DNA from: an uncultured candidate division Zixibacteria bacterium
GTDB lineage: Bacteria > Zixibacteria > MSB-5A5 > UBA10806 > 4484-95
Direction: 5' to 3'
Assembly: GCA_963668625.2 (NCBI GenBank)
Contig: CAXXKA010000003.1
Location: forward strand, 1-64,000
DNA: 64,000 bases
Of the stretch, positions 1 through 10,587 are shown piece after piece. The position numbers were made by a program, and so were the translations under genes. The notes beneath the pieces are model-generated. The model ran no database searches. It had not been told where the DNA came from and saw nothing but the letters and a program-made list of their open reading frames with translations. The stretch's first letter is position 1, and each line of letters opens with the position of its first letter.

Positions 1-130
1 GAGTTGGTCCAAAACCGGTAGTGTAGCCCTGACTTCTGTTACTGCATTAAAAAAGAATAATGAATATCTTAAATGGTTTCAGGATGGTGAGCTTGACTTC
101 AAGTTGGCAGCATAGAAACTACCTGCACAG

Positions 131-552
131 GTGGAAAAATTGCGGGCCGTCGCCGATACGTTTCATATTGATCCCGGCATCGTGCGGGAAATATGCGAAA
201 TCCACGGAATGGATGAAGCTGATGACCGTCGGTGGCAAAAACAGGCAGCGCTTCAGAATATGCTCAAAGAAGGGTTCCAGCCCGTCTGGCAGGCGGTCCG
301 TGAAGCCATGTCTGAAACTCCCCGGGCCAGCTCCATTGTCGAAAATTTTAATGGAAGGCTGCGGAAATATTTCTCTCTGAGAAGACATCTGGGAGCCGAT
401 TATCTCGAACTGCTCAAATTCTTTTTGAATCACCGAAAATTTATTCGGAGCAGAAAACCGGAAAGAACGGGAAAAACGCCGCTGAAATGATGACGGGTCA
501 AAAACATCCTCATTGGCTTGAAATGCTCGGATTGACCGGTTTTCAATCTTAA
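131..552 (+). pseudogene. Truncated, frameshifted transposase-like gene (C-terminal part only)
   Basis: RASSIVENFNGRLR...LKFFLNHRKF...RTGKTP resembles a DDE transposase C-terminus. The frame stops at 490, but a shifted frame continues AEMMTGQKHPHWLEMLGLTGFQS* to 552, consistent with a 1-nt loss near 480. No N-terminus is visible. Confidence 0.65.
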
Positions 553-693
553 AAACTTAAAAGCGACACTTTAATTTTTTCTAAAACAATAACTTTCTAA
601 TATTAAAATATTTTTTATTTATATCATTTTAAAAATGGAGTTATTGTTTAAAGCTTAATCTTTTTTAAATGCCATTTTTTTTATCAAAATTTT

Positions 694-939
694 GGCTCTT
701 TGGTAATAATTCGTGTTGAAGAATTTACAATATAAAAACAGTAGCTTGTTCTGATAAATCGATTTTTAACATGTGCGTTTTTTTGACTCGTTTGAATAAA
801 ATGGCATAACCTATTGAAATTACATGTATCAGATTTTATACAAATGTGCGGTAATATTCTTTTGTATATACGATAACTACATGTTATTTAAATGTATTTT
901 TTATTAACTTGAAATTGCAACACGAATTACCAAAGAGCC
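694..939. mobile_element. 246-bp non-coding MITE with ISL3/IS1595-like GGCTCTT ends
   Basis: Left end GGCTCTTTGGTAATAATTCGTGTTG and right end CAACACGAATTACCAAAGAGCC are inverted repeats with a 3-nt indel. Both are flanked by AAAATTTT (686-693 and 940-947). The interior is AT-rich. Confidence 0.8.
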
Positions 940-2157
940 AAAATTTTTAATTTTAAGCCCCATGGAATGCCGGATTTGGTTAGAAATAACATCAATTCTG
1001 AAATTATTCTGAAGCTGGAATATACTCCAGGACTTTCCCGGCTCAATATCCTTTTTTCGGGCTATTAAAAGGAAAAGATAGGATAGAACAGCTATCCCCA
1101 TCGCTTTTTCAGTTCTGTCCGCCTCCTTTATAATTTGGGCGTCGCCAAGGCCCAGGCCGCTTTTTAGTTCTTTGAAAATAATCTCGATAGCCCATCGCTT
1201 CTGATAAATGGAAATCACCTGTCTCGGAGTCACATCGGGTAGATTGGTCACGAAAAGTCTTGTATTTTTGAGGCCCATGTTACGCCTTTTTTTACTGAAT
1301 ATGACCGTGACTTCTCCCAGGTGGCGCAGAGAAAGCTTTTTTCCTTGCAACCAGTAGGTTTTGCGCTTTTTCGGATTATACAAAGAGGATATCCATGTTC
1401 TTCTATACCCTTTTTGGTCCAGCCTGGCGGCAATATCTTTTACATGTCTGCCATCCGCGGTTTTCCAGGTCTTTGCAATGGCAAAAACAAAAAACCATTC
1501 TCTCACTCCGTCTTCCTCATTCCTTTTATTGACCGTCTTCATATTTTCACTTGAAGCATAAGCGCAGTCTCCTAAAACAATGATCCGCCTGGCCCAATAA
1601 GGAGGAGTGAAGCTGGCAAGCATTTCACGAAAAAGTTCATTTTCCTTTTTATACTCCGAGTGACTTTTAGGCAGGATAAGCTTAAAAGCAACAGGAATAC
1701 GATAATTTTCCCAGCAAACGGCACAAAGAATAAATTTAATTCCGAAAAACCATGGTTTATTGTTTCCTTTCCGTGATTTTTGGACAAGCTCATTCGTTCT
1801 GCCGGTTTTTTCTGTGTGGCTTCCGTCGCCTTCAAAATAAATTGTACGGTCTTTGGGAGGGGGAAAACAGGAAATTGCTTCTTCGGCAAACCATGTTAAA
1901 ACGGTCTCAAGTGTCCAATAAGCTGCTTTAAACAGCCTTCGTAAACGCCATTCTGTAATGTGGGAAGGAGACCAGCGGCTTAATTCTTTTACTGTTTTTT
2001 TGCCGGGAACAATTGTCTGTAAAAAAATGGCCCAACAAAGCAGAAGCAAATGACGCCTTTTCCATACACCAGGTATCCCTTTAAAAATAATTCTTATGAA
2101 TAGCGGCAGATATGTTAATTTAATCATTTTGACACTCCTTATTATTTGGCTGTTCAA
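904..2157 (-). mobile_element. IS4/IS701-superfamily DDE transposase; last 11 residues contributed by the MITE
   Basis: EGDGS, VLGDCAYAS, FVTNL and the Y-2-R-3-E-6-K signature YQKRWAIEIIFKELK; 417 aa. Confidence 0.85.
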
Positions 2158-2542
2158 ATCCCAACATCCTTAAATAACAATTATTATTGAAACTTACTGT
2201 ATGAAAAATACTCATTTTAAATAAATAATTTCAATATGTTATCAAATTTGAAACTGCAATTATTTATGATGCTGGATTTTCTGTTTATTTAATAAGATAA
2301 TAAAAATAACAAAATTACAGGATATTATCAAATAGTTTTTTGATAAAGTGTCGTTTTTAAGTAAAAAGCCTGACCCTTTATCCACAATACCGCTAATGTC
2401 ATTTCTCCTCTGCCGGAGGCTTGCCATACCTGCGCCTAAATGTTACCCTAAAACATGGTTTTTTGAACCACGCCCAAATTTTTCATAAAACCGAACATTT
2501 TCGAACGCTAAAAACGAAAAGCCTGATAGAGCAGTCAAAGCA

Positions 2543-2845
2543 GTGACAAAAATAACTCATCCCCTGAATGGCGGAGCTAGCTTGTGTAAGATTGAAAAGG
2601 CAAAAGAGATTGTTAGAAAGTCTAATATTGAAGCTGAATTGTTATACTCCATTGGTACTGTAGATATGTCGATAATATGGACGATTTCATCTAAAGAACA
2701 TCTAATAAATATTAAAGACACAATAAACGAACTCATTAAAAACGAATGCCTGGGAACTTGTTTTACGAGCTTTATTTTCAATGAAGAGACCAGTGTTAAG
2801 GTGAACGAAAATAAAATGCCTAACAAAGATACCAAAAACGATTAG
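2543..2845 (+). CDS. Hypothetical protein or gene fragment in AT-rich DNA
   Basis: 100-aa ORF with a GTG start and no recognised motif. Confidence 0.3.
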   Translation: MTKITHPLNGGASLCKIEKAKEIVRKSNIEAELLYSIGTVDMSIIWTISSKEHLINIKDTINELIKNECLGTCFTSFIFNEETSVKVNENKMPNKDTKND

Positions 2846-3016
2846 CAGATAATATTTTCTGTTAGTGAGTGCGATAGTTTCAAATTGATGTTTGTAAAAT
2901 TCCAAAGAATGTAATAATAGACATGAATAGTATAGCAATGTAGTTTTGAGTTGGGCTTATTATCATTGGTCATCACCGGAAAATAAGAACAAATAAAAAT
3001 AGAACAGGGAGTATTT

Positions 3017-4846
3017 ATGAAAAAGTGCGCGATGCTAACGGTATTTGCATTAATGCTGTTTTTGGGAATCAACTCTGCGGGGGAGATTATCGAACGAGGA
3101 GGGGGGCAATCAGTCACGATTCCGCAATCGGGCCAGTCGATGACTGATCCGGCCGAGCGTGAGCATATACGAATGACCGAGCCGGTATGGAAACCTTTAC
3201 AGAGGATGACGCAGGATAAGAAACAAAATTCAAGGATCGAACTCATGGTTGATGATGATATGCCAACAAAAGCCATAGAGCTGGTAAATGCGGTCGAGGA
3301 TAATTGGAACAATGGTCGGTTCGATAAGTCGATAGAGTTATTCGTTGAACTGGGGGAGCATATCGATCTGACTCATGTTGGCATCGGCATGGGCTGGCGC
3401 GAACCGATTCCGACCAGCGATATGAGCCTCTGGGGTACCGATATCCGGATTGGCAATCGTGATTCGGTTTATGCTACCGGCATTGCGATCAATGCCGAGA
3501 CAGGAAATATATTTACCACCCTGATGTTCGAGGGCGATAGTTACACTACTAATTTCAGTGTGAATTTCTCCGAGGACGGTGGTCATACATGGACCGAGGT
3601 GTTCAGGGGAATGGCGCCGTACGAATTACTATCAGTCACGCCTACCTGTACCGAAAATTACTGTTTCGTGGCTTTTACCTCCGAGGATGATGCTAATCAA
3701 GCTCGGCTGGCACATTTCAACGCCACGGACGGCGATTGGGAGATTTTCTATGACGGCAACCATTATATTCATGATATTTTCGATCCGATATATCCGGACT
3801 ACGTGAAAGAGGTGCATGTTTGCTCGAATCAGGATTATGATGTTACTCATTCACCCAGGCTTTACTACACCCTGATTGTTTCAAACGGTGAACTCCACTA
3901 TTACTACACCGATGAAATTTGCGAGATATTCCATGAGCGAACGACCGGCGTAGCCACCGCCGATGTCGGTCTGGATGCCAGCTTTAATGAGGAAAACGGC
4001 GCTGATGGTAAATATATCTGGTTTTCCTATAAAGATATTCATGACACTCTCAGAATCGACAGTTATTCGACATCGCTATATTGGCAGAACGAGTATTCTC
4101 GGTATATTGGCAGTTGGCCGAACGAGACTACAATCGGGGCATACAGGGATACGGTCACCTGCTTTTTCGAAAATTATCAGGATGATGATCATTATATCAT
4201 GTATGCTATCACTTATAACGGCGGACTATATTTCAATCCCGGAGTCCTGGTCGATCAAACGGTGATTTCCGAATGTCCAGATCTCACCTCCCGCGCCGGC
4301 GGCGGTGTTGGCCTGACTTACAGGTATTACACCAGTCCCCGCGAGATACGATTCGCCTGGCGTTTATATGCCGGCGTGCCCTGGCCCGTACGAAGTCAGC
4401 CATTGAGCGATGTCGAACCTTATTACTGCGCCGCCTCCATCGAGTATCTCGGGGATGATAACTATGGCGTAATTTACGCAAGCTGGCACATGCCAGTTGA
4501 TGGCGTACCGTTTTTCGATTTCAGTCAGAGCGAACCGGAATATGCTTATTTGCCGGGGGATGCCAATATGGTGGCCGGGGCATGGTCGCCAGTTGTTATT
4601 GGCTCTGATGTGACATACCTGGTCAATTATTTTCGGGGAATCTCCGATCCTTGCATGTTAGGCGGCTATTACTGCTCGGCCGATGCTAATGGTGATTGCC
4701 GGGTTATAGGCGCGGATGTTACCTATTTGGTTAGTTATTTCCGTGGCGGCGGCGGTATTCAATATTGCCCTGATTATCCAACTATCTGGCCCACCTCGGG
4801 AGATTTGCCGGCTACCGAGCCGGACGGTTGGCCCGGGTGTGAATAA
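3017..4846 (+). CDS. Secreted protein with BNR/Asp-box-like motifs and C-terminal dockerin-like module
   Basis: RBS GGGAG and a signal peptide. Asp-box-like SEDGGHTW and TYNGG. Tail YAYLPGDAN..GSDVTYLVNYFRG..C..ADANGDCRVIGADVTYLVSYFRG (4541-4846). Confidence 0.8.
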   Translation: MKKCAMLTVFALMLFLGINSAGEIIERGGGQSVTIPQSGQSMTDPAEREHIRMTEPVWKPLQRMTQDKKQNSRIELMVDDDMPTKAIELVNAVEDNWNNGRFDKSIELFVELGEHIDLTHVGIGMGWREPIPTSDMSLWGTDIRIGNRDSVYATGIAINAETGNIFTTLMFEGDSYTTNFSVNFSEDGGHTWTEVFRGMAPYELLSVTPTCTENYCFVAFTSEDDANQARLAHFNATDGDWEIFYDGNHYIHDIFDPIYPDYVKEVHVCSNQDYDVTHSPRLYYTLIVSNGELHYYYTDEICEIFHERTTGVATADVGLDASFNEENGADGKYIWFSYKDIHDTLRIDSYSTSLYWQNEYSRYIGSWPNETTIGAYRDTVTCFFENYQDDDHYIMYAITYNGGLYFNPGVLVDQTVISECPDLTSRAGGGVGLTYRYYTSPREIRFAWRLYAGVPWPVRSQPLSDVEPYYCAASIEYLGDDNYGVIYASWHMPVDGVPFFDFSQSEPEYAYLPGDANMVAGAWSPVVIGSDVTYLVNYFRGISDPCMLGGYYCSADANGDCRVIGADVTYLVSYFRGGGGIQYCPDYPTIWPTSGDLPATEPDGWPGCE

Positions 4847-4916
4847 CCCGGAAGTTAAATCCCTTTAAAACTAATCGTATCCTGAACTATTCAGGTATAT
4901 GTTAAAATGACACGGT

Positions 4917-4950
4917 GGCGGTCTCGCCTGAAAATGGGAGCCGCCTTTTT
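4917..4950 (+). terminator. Rho-independent terminator
   Basis: GGCGGTCTC...GGGAGCCGCC hairpin followed by a T-run. Confidence 0.65.
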
Positions 4951-5030
4951 GTATGTTGGCTTGACATATAGTTAAAAACCTTTTGCAATCATCGGCTTAA
5001 TATCATATCATGTAAACTTGTAATTTATAG

Positions 5031-5987
5031 GTGAAAAGGATGAGTGTTTTAGATAAATTCTTTGCCGGCGATAAATTAGCTCTGGCAAAAGTAATTTCAC
5101 ATATTGAAAATAAAGGTGATCAACTTTCTGAAGTATTGCCTCTATTATATCCAAAAGCCGGCAGGGCATATCGTATCGGTATCACTGGTCCTCCCGGGGC
5201 TGGGAAGTCCACCTTGGTTGACAAACTGGCTCTAAAATACCATGAGGATGGTCTGTCGGTGGGGATTATCGCCGTAGATCCCAGTTCGCCGTTTACAGGC
5301 GGGGCATTATTAGGCGATAGAATCCGAATGCAGAATCTGGCACAGTATGATAATATATTCATCAGAAGTATGGCTACACGCGGATCATCGGGAGGGCTGG
5401 CAAATTCAACCGGGGATGTGGCGATGGCTATGGATGCCTACGGCAAGGATATCATACTAATTGAGACAGTCGGTGTCGGTCAGGTCGAACTGGATATCGC
5501 CGATTCCTGTGATTCCACGGTAGTGGTGCTTGTGCCCGAATCGGGTGATTCGGTACAGGCAATGAAAGCCGGCTTGATGGAGATAGCTAACATTTTTGTG
5601 GTTAATAAAGCCGATCGACCGAACTCCAGCTACATCGCGAGGGAACTTCGTATGATGTTGGAGACGAAAATCAAGCGAGATAATTGGGAGTATCCGGTAA
5701 TAAAGGCTGAGGCGGTTAATGATAAGGGAATTGATAAATTAAAGGACAATATCGGTAAACATCGAGGCTTTTTAATGGCCAAGGATGATGGCGAATTCAT
5801 TAAAAGGCGTAAAGTTAAAACGGATCTATATCGTATCCTGAACATGGAATTAAAAGAATATATCACGAAACATCTATTGACCGATTCCCGGTTAGATAAG
5901 TATATTGAAAGTGTTCTGGATGGCAAAAACGATCCGTACAGGATTACATCCGAAATTATCACATCATTAAACCAGGATGACTCATGA
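5031..5987 (+). CDS. meaB: Acyl-CoA mutase-associated GTPase MeaB/ArgK
   Basis: [39 protein letters not shown] and VNKAD motifs. Overlaps the mutase start. Confidence 0.95.
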   Translation: MKRMSVLDKFFAGDKLALAKVISHIENKGDQLSEVLPLLYPKAGRAYRIGITGPPGAGKSTLVDKLALKYHEDGLSVGIIAVDPSSPFTGGALLGDRIRMQNLAQYDNIFIRSMATRGSSGGLANSTGDVAMAMDAYGKDIILIETVGVGQVELDIADSCDSTVVVLVPESGDSVQAMKAGLMEIANIFVVNKADRPNSSYIARELRMMLETKIKRDNWEYPVIKAEAVNDKGIDKLKDNIGKHRGFLMAKDDGEFIKRRKVKTDLYRILNMELKEYITKHLLTDSRLDKYIESVLDGKNDPYRITSEIITSLNQDDS

Positions 5988-7651
5988 GCAACGTGAATAA
6001 AAAATCCCAACTCGAAGGACGAGATGAGTGGGAGGGTGACTTTTCCAAGTCTAGAATTCCCGCGGACAAAAAGTTCATGACCGTATCCTCGAAACCGGTG
6101 AAGCCGTTATATGACCCGAGTGATTTAGAGGATATCGATTATAATCGGGATATCGGTTATCCCGGCCAATACCCGTACACCCGTGGCGTTCATGCCTCGA
6201 TGTATCGGGGTAAAGTTTGGACCATGAGGCAATTCTCCGGATTCGGCACCGCTCCTCAAACGAACGAGCGCTATCATTACCTTCTTGAACGAGGGCAAAC
6301 CGGCTTGTCTGTGGCTTTCGATCTGCCCACGCTGATGGGGTATGATTCCGACTCTCCACGTTCAGCGGGCGAAATAGGCGTATGCGGAGTGGCTGTCGAT
6401 ACATTGAATGATATGGAGGTGCTGTTCAAAGGTATAAATACCGGAGATATTTCCACCTCTATGACAATCAATTGTCCCTCCACGATTTTATTGGCAATGT
6501 ACATTGCCGTGGCCGAAAAACAGGGTGTGCCCTCGGAAAAACTAACCGGTACGCTTCAGAACGATATCTTGAAAGAATATATAGCCCAGAAAGAGTGGAT
6601 TTACCCACCGGAACCATCAATAAGGCTTATTACCGATATGATGGCATTCTGTGCCGATCACGTACCGAAATGGAATACGATCTCGATCTCGGGTTATCAT
6701 ATCCGCGAGGCCGGAGCGACCGCCGCTCAGGAGTTGGCGTTTACTTTGGCTGATGGTTTTTGCTATGTCGAATCGGCTATTGCAGCCGGCATGGATGTCG
6801 ACACGTTTGCGCCCAGGCTTTCGCATTTTTTCAACTCCCATACCGATTTTTTCGAGGAGATTGCCAAGTACCGTGCCGCGCGAAGAATCTGGGCTCGTCA
6901 CATGCGCGAGAAATACAAAGCCAAAGACCCCCGGTCGTGGTTGATGAGATTCCATACGCAAACTGCGGGATGTAGCTTAACCGCTCAGCAGCCGGAAAAT
7001 AATATCGTCCGTACCGCATTCCAGGGATTGGCAGGAGTGATGGGCGGAACACAGTCTCTTCACACCAACAGTATGGATGAAACACTGGCGTTACCCTCGG
7101 AGAAAGCGGTCAAGATTGCTCTTCGTACACAGCAGTTAATCGCTCACGAAACGGGCGTTGCTAATGTGATCGATCCATTGGCCGGCAGCTATTTTGTGGA
7201 AAAGCTTACTAACGAGATGGAAGAAGAGGCCGAATCATATTTTGAGGAGATAGAAAAGCGCGGTGGCGTACTAAAATGTATCGAGGAAGGTTATTTCCAG
7301 AAAGAAATCGCCATGAGCGCCTATCAATATCAGATGGAGATCGAGCGGAAAGAGCGCATCATTGTTGGAGTCAATGAGTATATCGAGGAGAACGAGAAGA
7401 TCGATATCCCGATTCTCACTATCGATGAACAGGTTTCCATTGATCAAATGGCCTCGCTTAATAAAGTGAAAGAAAGCCGCGATAACGATAAAGTGAAAAG
7501 AACGTTGGCAGACCTGAAGAAGGTCGCGGAAAACGGAGACAATCACATGCCCGCCCTGCTCGAGTGTGTACGATGCTACACTACCGAGGAGGAGATCACC
7601 TCGACGCTTAAAGAGGTTTTCGGCGAGTATGTGGAACCGCCGATGATTTAA
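5984..7651 (+). CDS. B12-dependent acyl-CoA mutase large subunit (methylmalonyl-CoA mutase family), isobutyryl-CoA mutase-like
   Basis: [30 protein letters not shown] and [10 protein letters not shown] motifs. TMRQF and KEYIAQKEW match ICM-type specificity residues. No DxHxxG B12-binding domain. Confidence 0.92.
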   Translation: MSNVNKKSQLEGRDEWEGDFSKSRIPADKKFMTVSSKPVKPLYDPSDLEDIDYNRDIGYPGQYPYTRGVHASMYRGKVWTMRQFSGFGTAPQTNERYHYLLERGQTGLSVAFDLPTLMGYDSDSPRSAGEIGVCGVAVDTLNDMEVLFKGINTGDISTSMTINCPSTILLAMYIAVAEKQGVPSEKLTGTLQNDILKEYIAQKEWIYPPEPSIRLITDMMAFCADHVPKWNTISISGYHIREAGATAAQELAFTLADGFCYVESAIAAGMDVDTFAPRLSHFFNSHTDFFEEIAKYRAARRIWARHMREKYKAKDPRSWLMRFHTQTAGCSLTAQQPENNIVRTAFQGLAGVMGGTQSLHTNSMDETLALPSEKAVKIALRTQQLIAHETGVANVIDPLAGSYFVEKLTNEMEEEAESYFEEIEKRGGVLKCIEEGYFQKEIAMSAYQYQMEIERKERIIVGVNEYIEENEKIDIPILTIDEQVSIDQMASLNKVKESRDNDKVKRTLADLKKVAENGDNHMPALLECVRCYTTEEEITSTLKEVFGEYVEPPMI

Positions 7652-7738
7652 TTCGATGAAATAATCGGTGGATTTGATACGTAGAAATAATAAAGGAAAA
7701 GAACTAAATAAATAGCCTTAAGGAGGAGGAGATTTAAG

Positions 7739-8611
7739 ATGAGGTTCAAATTTGCAGCATTCTCGCTGATAGTGGTTATGGTTCTAACATTGGTTTCCTG
7801 TAACCAGGGTAAAATCGATGAGTTAACGCAGAGCCTGGCCAATCTCGAGGTCCAGAATCAGCAACTGATGCAGGAGAACAATGCTATCAAGGCCTATATC
7901 GAGGAAGTGGTTAAAGTGGTGAAATCCGTTGACCAGGACCTGGAGAAAATTATGGCCGCCGAGGTTGATATCCGCGAAATGACAAAGGATGTGGATATTA
8001 ACGCTATCGAGGGAAATATCAAAAACAAGCTCGGTGAGATCGGTGATTACATTGTCGAAAGCAAAGCCAAGATCGTTGAGTTGGAAACCAGTCTGGCCGA
8101 GACCAAGCACGAGGTTAAAGGCCTGAGATCATTGGTGGCCAACGTAAAAGCCAATCTCAAAGCCAAAGAGGATGAAATTACCAAGCTGGCCGCTGAGATG
8201 GGTGTACTCGAAGACGACCTGGCTAGCCTGAACAATGAGATCGAGCAGAAAAACAGCACTATCTCCGAACAGGAAGATATGATTGCCGAGCAGAATACTC
8301 GCTATTATACCATGGCTAAAGCCAGTGAGTTGAAAGATCGCGGTATTTTGGAAAAACGCGGCGGCTTCTTGTTCTTCGGCAAAACCACCAAGCTGACTAC
8401 TAATTTCAGCACTGCCGATTTCAATACCCTGGATGCCGTTTCGGACTTAGAGTTGACTATCCCGGTTCCGTCGAACAAAGTCATGATACATACGCCGCAT
8501 ATTGCCGGTTCGTATCAGCTCGTTGACGCCGGTGAGAACACCACCCTGATGATTTCCGATCCCAGTGCATTCTGGTCCGCCTCGAAATGTTTGGTTGTCG
8601 AGACCAAGTAA
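7739..8611 (+). CDS. Coiled-coil lipoprotein, function unknown
   Basis: Strong RBS AGGAGGAG, lipobox LVSC, long heptad-rich central region. Confidence 0.8.
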   Translation: MRFKFAAFSLIVVMVLTLVSCNQGKIDELTQSLANLEVQNQQLMQENNAIKAYIEEVVKVVKSVDQDLEKIMAAEVDIREMTKDVDINAIEGNIKNKLGEIGDYIVESKAKIVELETSLAETKHEVKGLRSLVANVKANLKAKEDEITKLAAEMGVLEDDLASLNNEIEQKNSTISEQEDMIAEQNTRYYTMAKASELKDRGILEKRGGFLFFGKTTKLTTNFSTADFNTLDAVSDLELTIPVPSNKVMIHTPHIAGSYQLVDAGENTTLMISDPSAFWSASKCLVVETK

Positions 8612-8625
8612 AGAGTTTTATTCGA

Positions 8626-8661
8626 TATATCAACCGGCGCATTAAAGCGTCGGTTGATATA
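8626..8661 (+). terminator. Stem-loop / probable terminator
   Basis: ATATCAACCGGCGC...GCGTCGGTTGATAT inverted repeat just after the stop codon. Confidence 0.55.
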
Positions 8662-8709
8662 CGAAAGCGTGTTTCTATTTATTCTTTTTCGTAAACACTA
8701 AGAGCTAAG

Positions 8710-9870
8710 ATGATAGTAACGCATCTATTATTGAAAAACTGGAAAAACTTCAGACATGCAGAAGTCGATCTGGCAAAACGTATATTTTTAGTTGGCGCCA
8801 ACGCCTCGGGCAAATCAAATTTCCTTGATGTATTCAGATTTCTAAGGGATATTGCACAAAGCGGAGGTGGACTTCAAAAAGCTATAGAAAACCGGGGGGG
8901 AGTATCCAAAATACGATGTTTATTTGCCCGGCAGAATCCGGTAATCGAAATAGAAATCTCATTAGCCGATTCATTCGATAGCTCTCCTACTCGTTGGAAA
9001 TATTCGATTGGGATTAAGCTAGAACCACGAGGATACCGGCGTCCGATAATCGATTATGAAAAAGTATGGAAAGATAATAAAATAATTCTTAATAGGCCTG
9101 ATAACCAGGACAAAAGAGATGCTGAAAGATTAACCCAGACGCATCTTGAGCAAATTAACGCCAACGCTGAGTTTCGTGAAATCGTTAGATTTTTCGAGTC
9201 GATATTTTACCTTCATTTAGTACCACAGTTGATCCGTCACCCCGAGGTTATCACGAGTCATATCAATAAAGATGATCCATTTGGACGTGGTTTTTTAGAG
9301 CGTGTCGCTCTGACTCCTGAAAAAATTCGTAAAGCCAGACTAAAAAAAATAGAGAAAGCATTACAATCCGCAGTTCCCCAACTCAGGCAGCTTACGGATA
9401 TAAAAGACGAGAAAGGGATTCCCCATTTAGAAGCGACATACAAGCACTGGAGGCCGAAAGCAGGCAAGCAAACAGAGGAAGAATTTTCTGATGGTACCTT
9501 GCGATTGATAGGATTATTATGGTCGTTGCTCGAGGGCGATTCATTGTTACTTTTAGAGGAACCGGAGTTATCACTACATACAGGAATAATTAATAAATTG
9601 CCTTCGTTAATCTGGCGTTTACAAGATAAAAAAAGACGCCAGGTTTTGATAAGCACTCATAGTTATGATCTTTTATCTAATAAAAGTATTGGCGGTGATG
9701 AAGTACTAATGCTTATTCCCATTCCAACCGGCGAGGGAACTGAAATTAAAAACGCTGATTCGGATATTAGTATAAAAGAATTGTTGAAACAAGGTTTAAG
9801 TGTGGCTGAAGTTGTTATCAGCAAGACCGAGCCGGAAGAAATAATGCAGTTGGACATATTCAATGACTGA
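8710..9870 (+). CDS. ABC-type (AAA_15/AAA_21-like) ATPase
   Basis: LKNWKNF, Walker A GANASGKSN, signature-like SDGTLR, Walker B LLLEEPELSLH and H-loop STHS. Confidence 0.9.
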   Translation: MIVTHLLLKNWKNFRHAEVDLAKRIFLVGANASGKSNFLDVFRFLRDIAQSGGGLQKAIENRGGVSKIRCLFARQNPVIEIEISLADSFDSSPTRWKYSIGIKLEPRGYRRPIIDYEKVWKDNKIILNRPDNQDKRDAERLTQTHLEQINANAEFREIVRFFESIFYLHLVPQLIRHPEVITSHINKDDPFGRGFLERVALTPEKIRKARLKKIEKALQSAVPQLRQLTDIKDEKGIPHLEATYKHWRPKAGKQTEEEFSDGTLRLIGLLWSLLEGDSLLLLEEPELSLHTGIINKLPSLIWRLQDKKRRQVLISTHSYDLLSNKSIGGDEVLMLIPIPTGEGTEIKNADSDISIKELLKQGLSVAEVVISKTEPEEIMQLDIFND

Positions 9871-10480
9871 TCCTATTCCCATTGTTATTGTAACCGAAGA
9901 TATCCTGAGTGAAACCGTTATATTAAAAATTCTCGATACAAGCAAAAATAACTATTCGGTTATCAATAGACTTGGTCGAAGAGGCTGCACCTACATAAAA
10001 CAAAAAATATTAGCCTTCAACCAGGCCGCTAATAAAACTCCTTTTTTAGTTTGTGTCGATTTGGATCAGGTCGAGTGTCCCCCGGTTTTGATTAGAAGGT
10101 GGATTGATTTTAATTTAAATTCAAAGATGCTTTTTAGGATAGCGGTACGCGAGATAGAATCATGGTTGTTAGCTCACAGAATAAATATAGCTAAATACCT
10201 TCATGTTAGTAAAGCTAATATTACTAGAGAACCGGAAAACTTGCTTGATCCCAAACAAACCTTGATTAATATTGCGAGAAAATCAAAGAGCAGAACAATT
10301 AGAAACGGAATTCCTCCAAGTGATGGCAGTACGGCCAAAATCGGCCCGAACTATAATGCCGCATTAACAGAATTCGTTATTACATCATGGGATCCCCTTG
10401 TTGCTCGAGAGAATTCTTTGAGTTTGCGTAAAGCTTTAATAGCGCTAGATAATTTTAATCCTCTTTGCGATAATCGTTGA
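9863..10480 (+). CDS. DUF4276-like TOPRIM-fold putative nuclease
   Basis: VTED, VDLD and AVREIESWLLA motifs. Translationally coupled to the ATPase. Confidence 0.75.
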   Translation: MTDPIPIVIVTEDILSETVILKILDTSKNNYSVINRLGRRGCTYIKQKILAFNQAANKTPFLVCVDLDQVECPPVLIRRWIDFNLNSKMLFRIAVREIESWLLAHRINIAKYLHVSKANITREPENLLDPKQTLINIARKSKSRTIRNGIPPSDGSTAKIGPNYNAALTEFVITSWDPLVARENSLSLRKALIALDNFNPLCDNR

Positions 10481-10521
10481 GTCGTACTATATTAAACTCT
10501 TTTTAAATAGGTATATTTATG

Positions 10522-10549
10522 TTGACGATCTTACAAAAATTCATATCTT
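10522..10549 (+). promoter_or_regulatory. Putative sigma70 promoter of the glycosylation operon
   Basis: TTGACG-16 nt-TATCTT, about 40 nt upstream of the ATG at 10588. Confidence 0.4.
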
Positions 10550-10587
10550 ATGCCAATACATTAATTTGACTGACAGTTTTTGGGGTT

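Noticed and set aside
470-495. Programmed frameshift or selenocysteine read-through in the first transposase fragment
   Set aside because: The continuation is in another frame, no SECIS-like hairpin was seen, and the gene is 5'-truncated. Decay or a sequencing error is simpler.
904-2157. This transposase as the mobiliser of MITE family A
   Set aside because: No CACTAGTGTCCGG-like ends were found around it.
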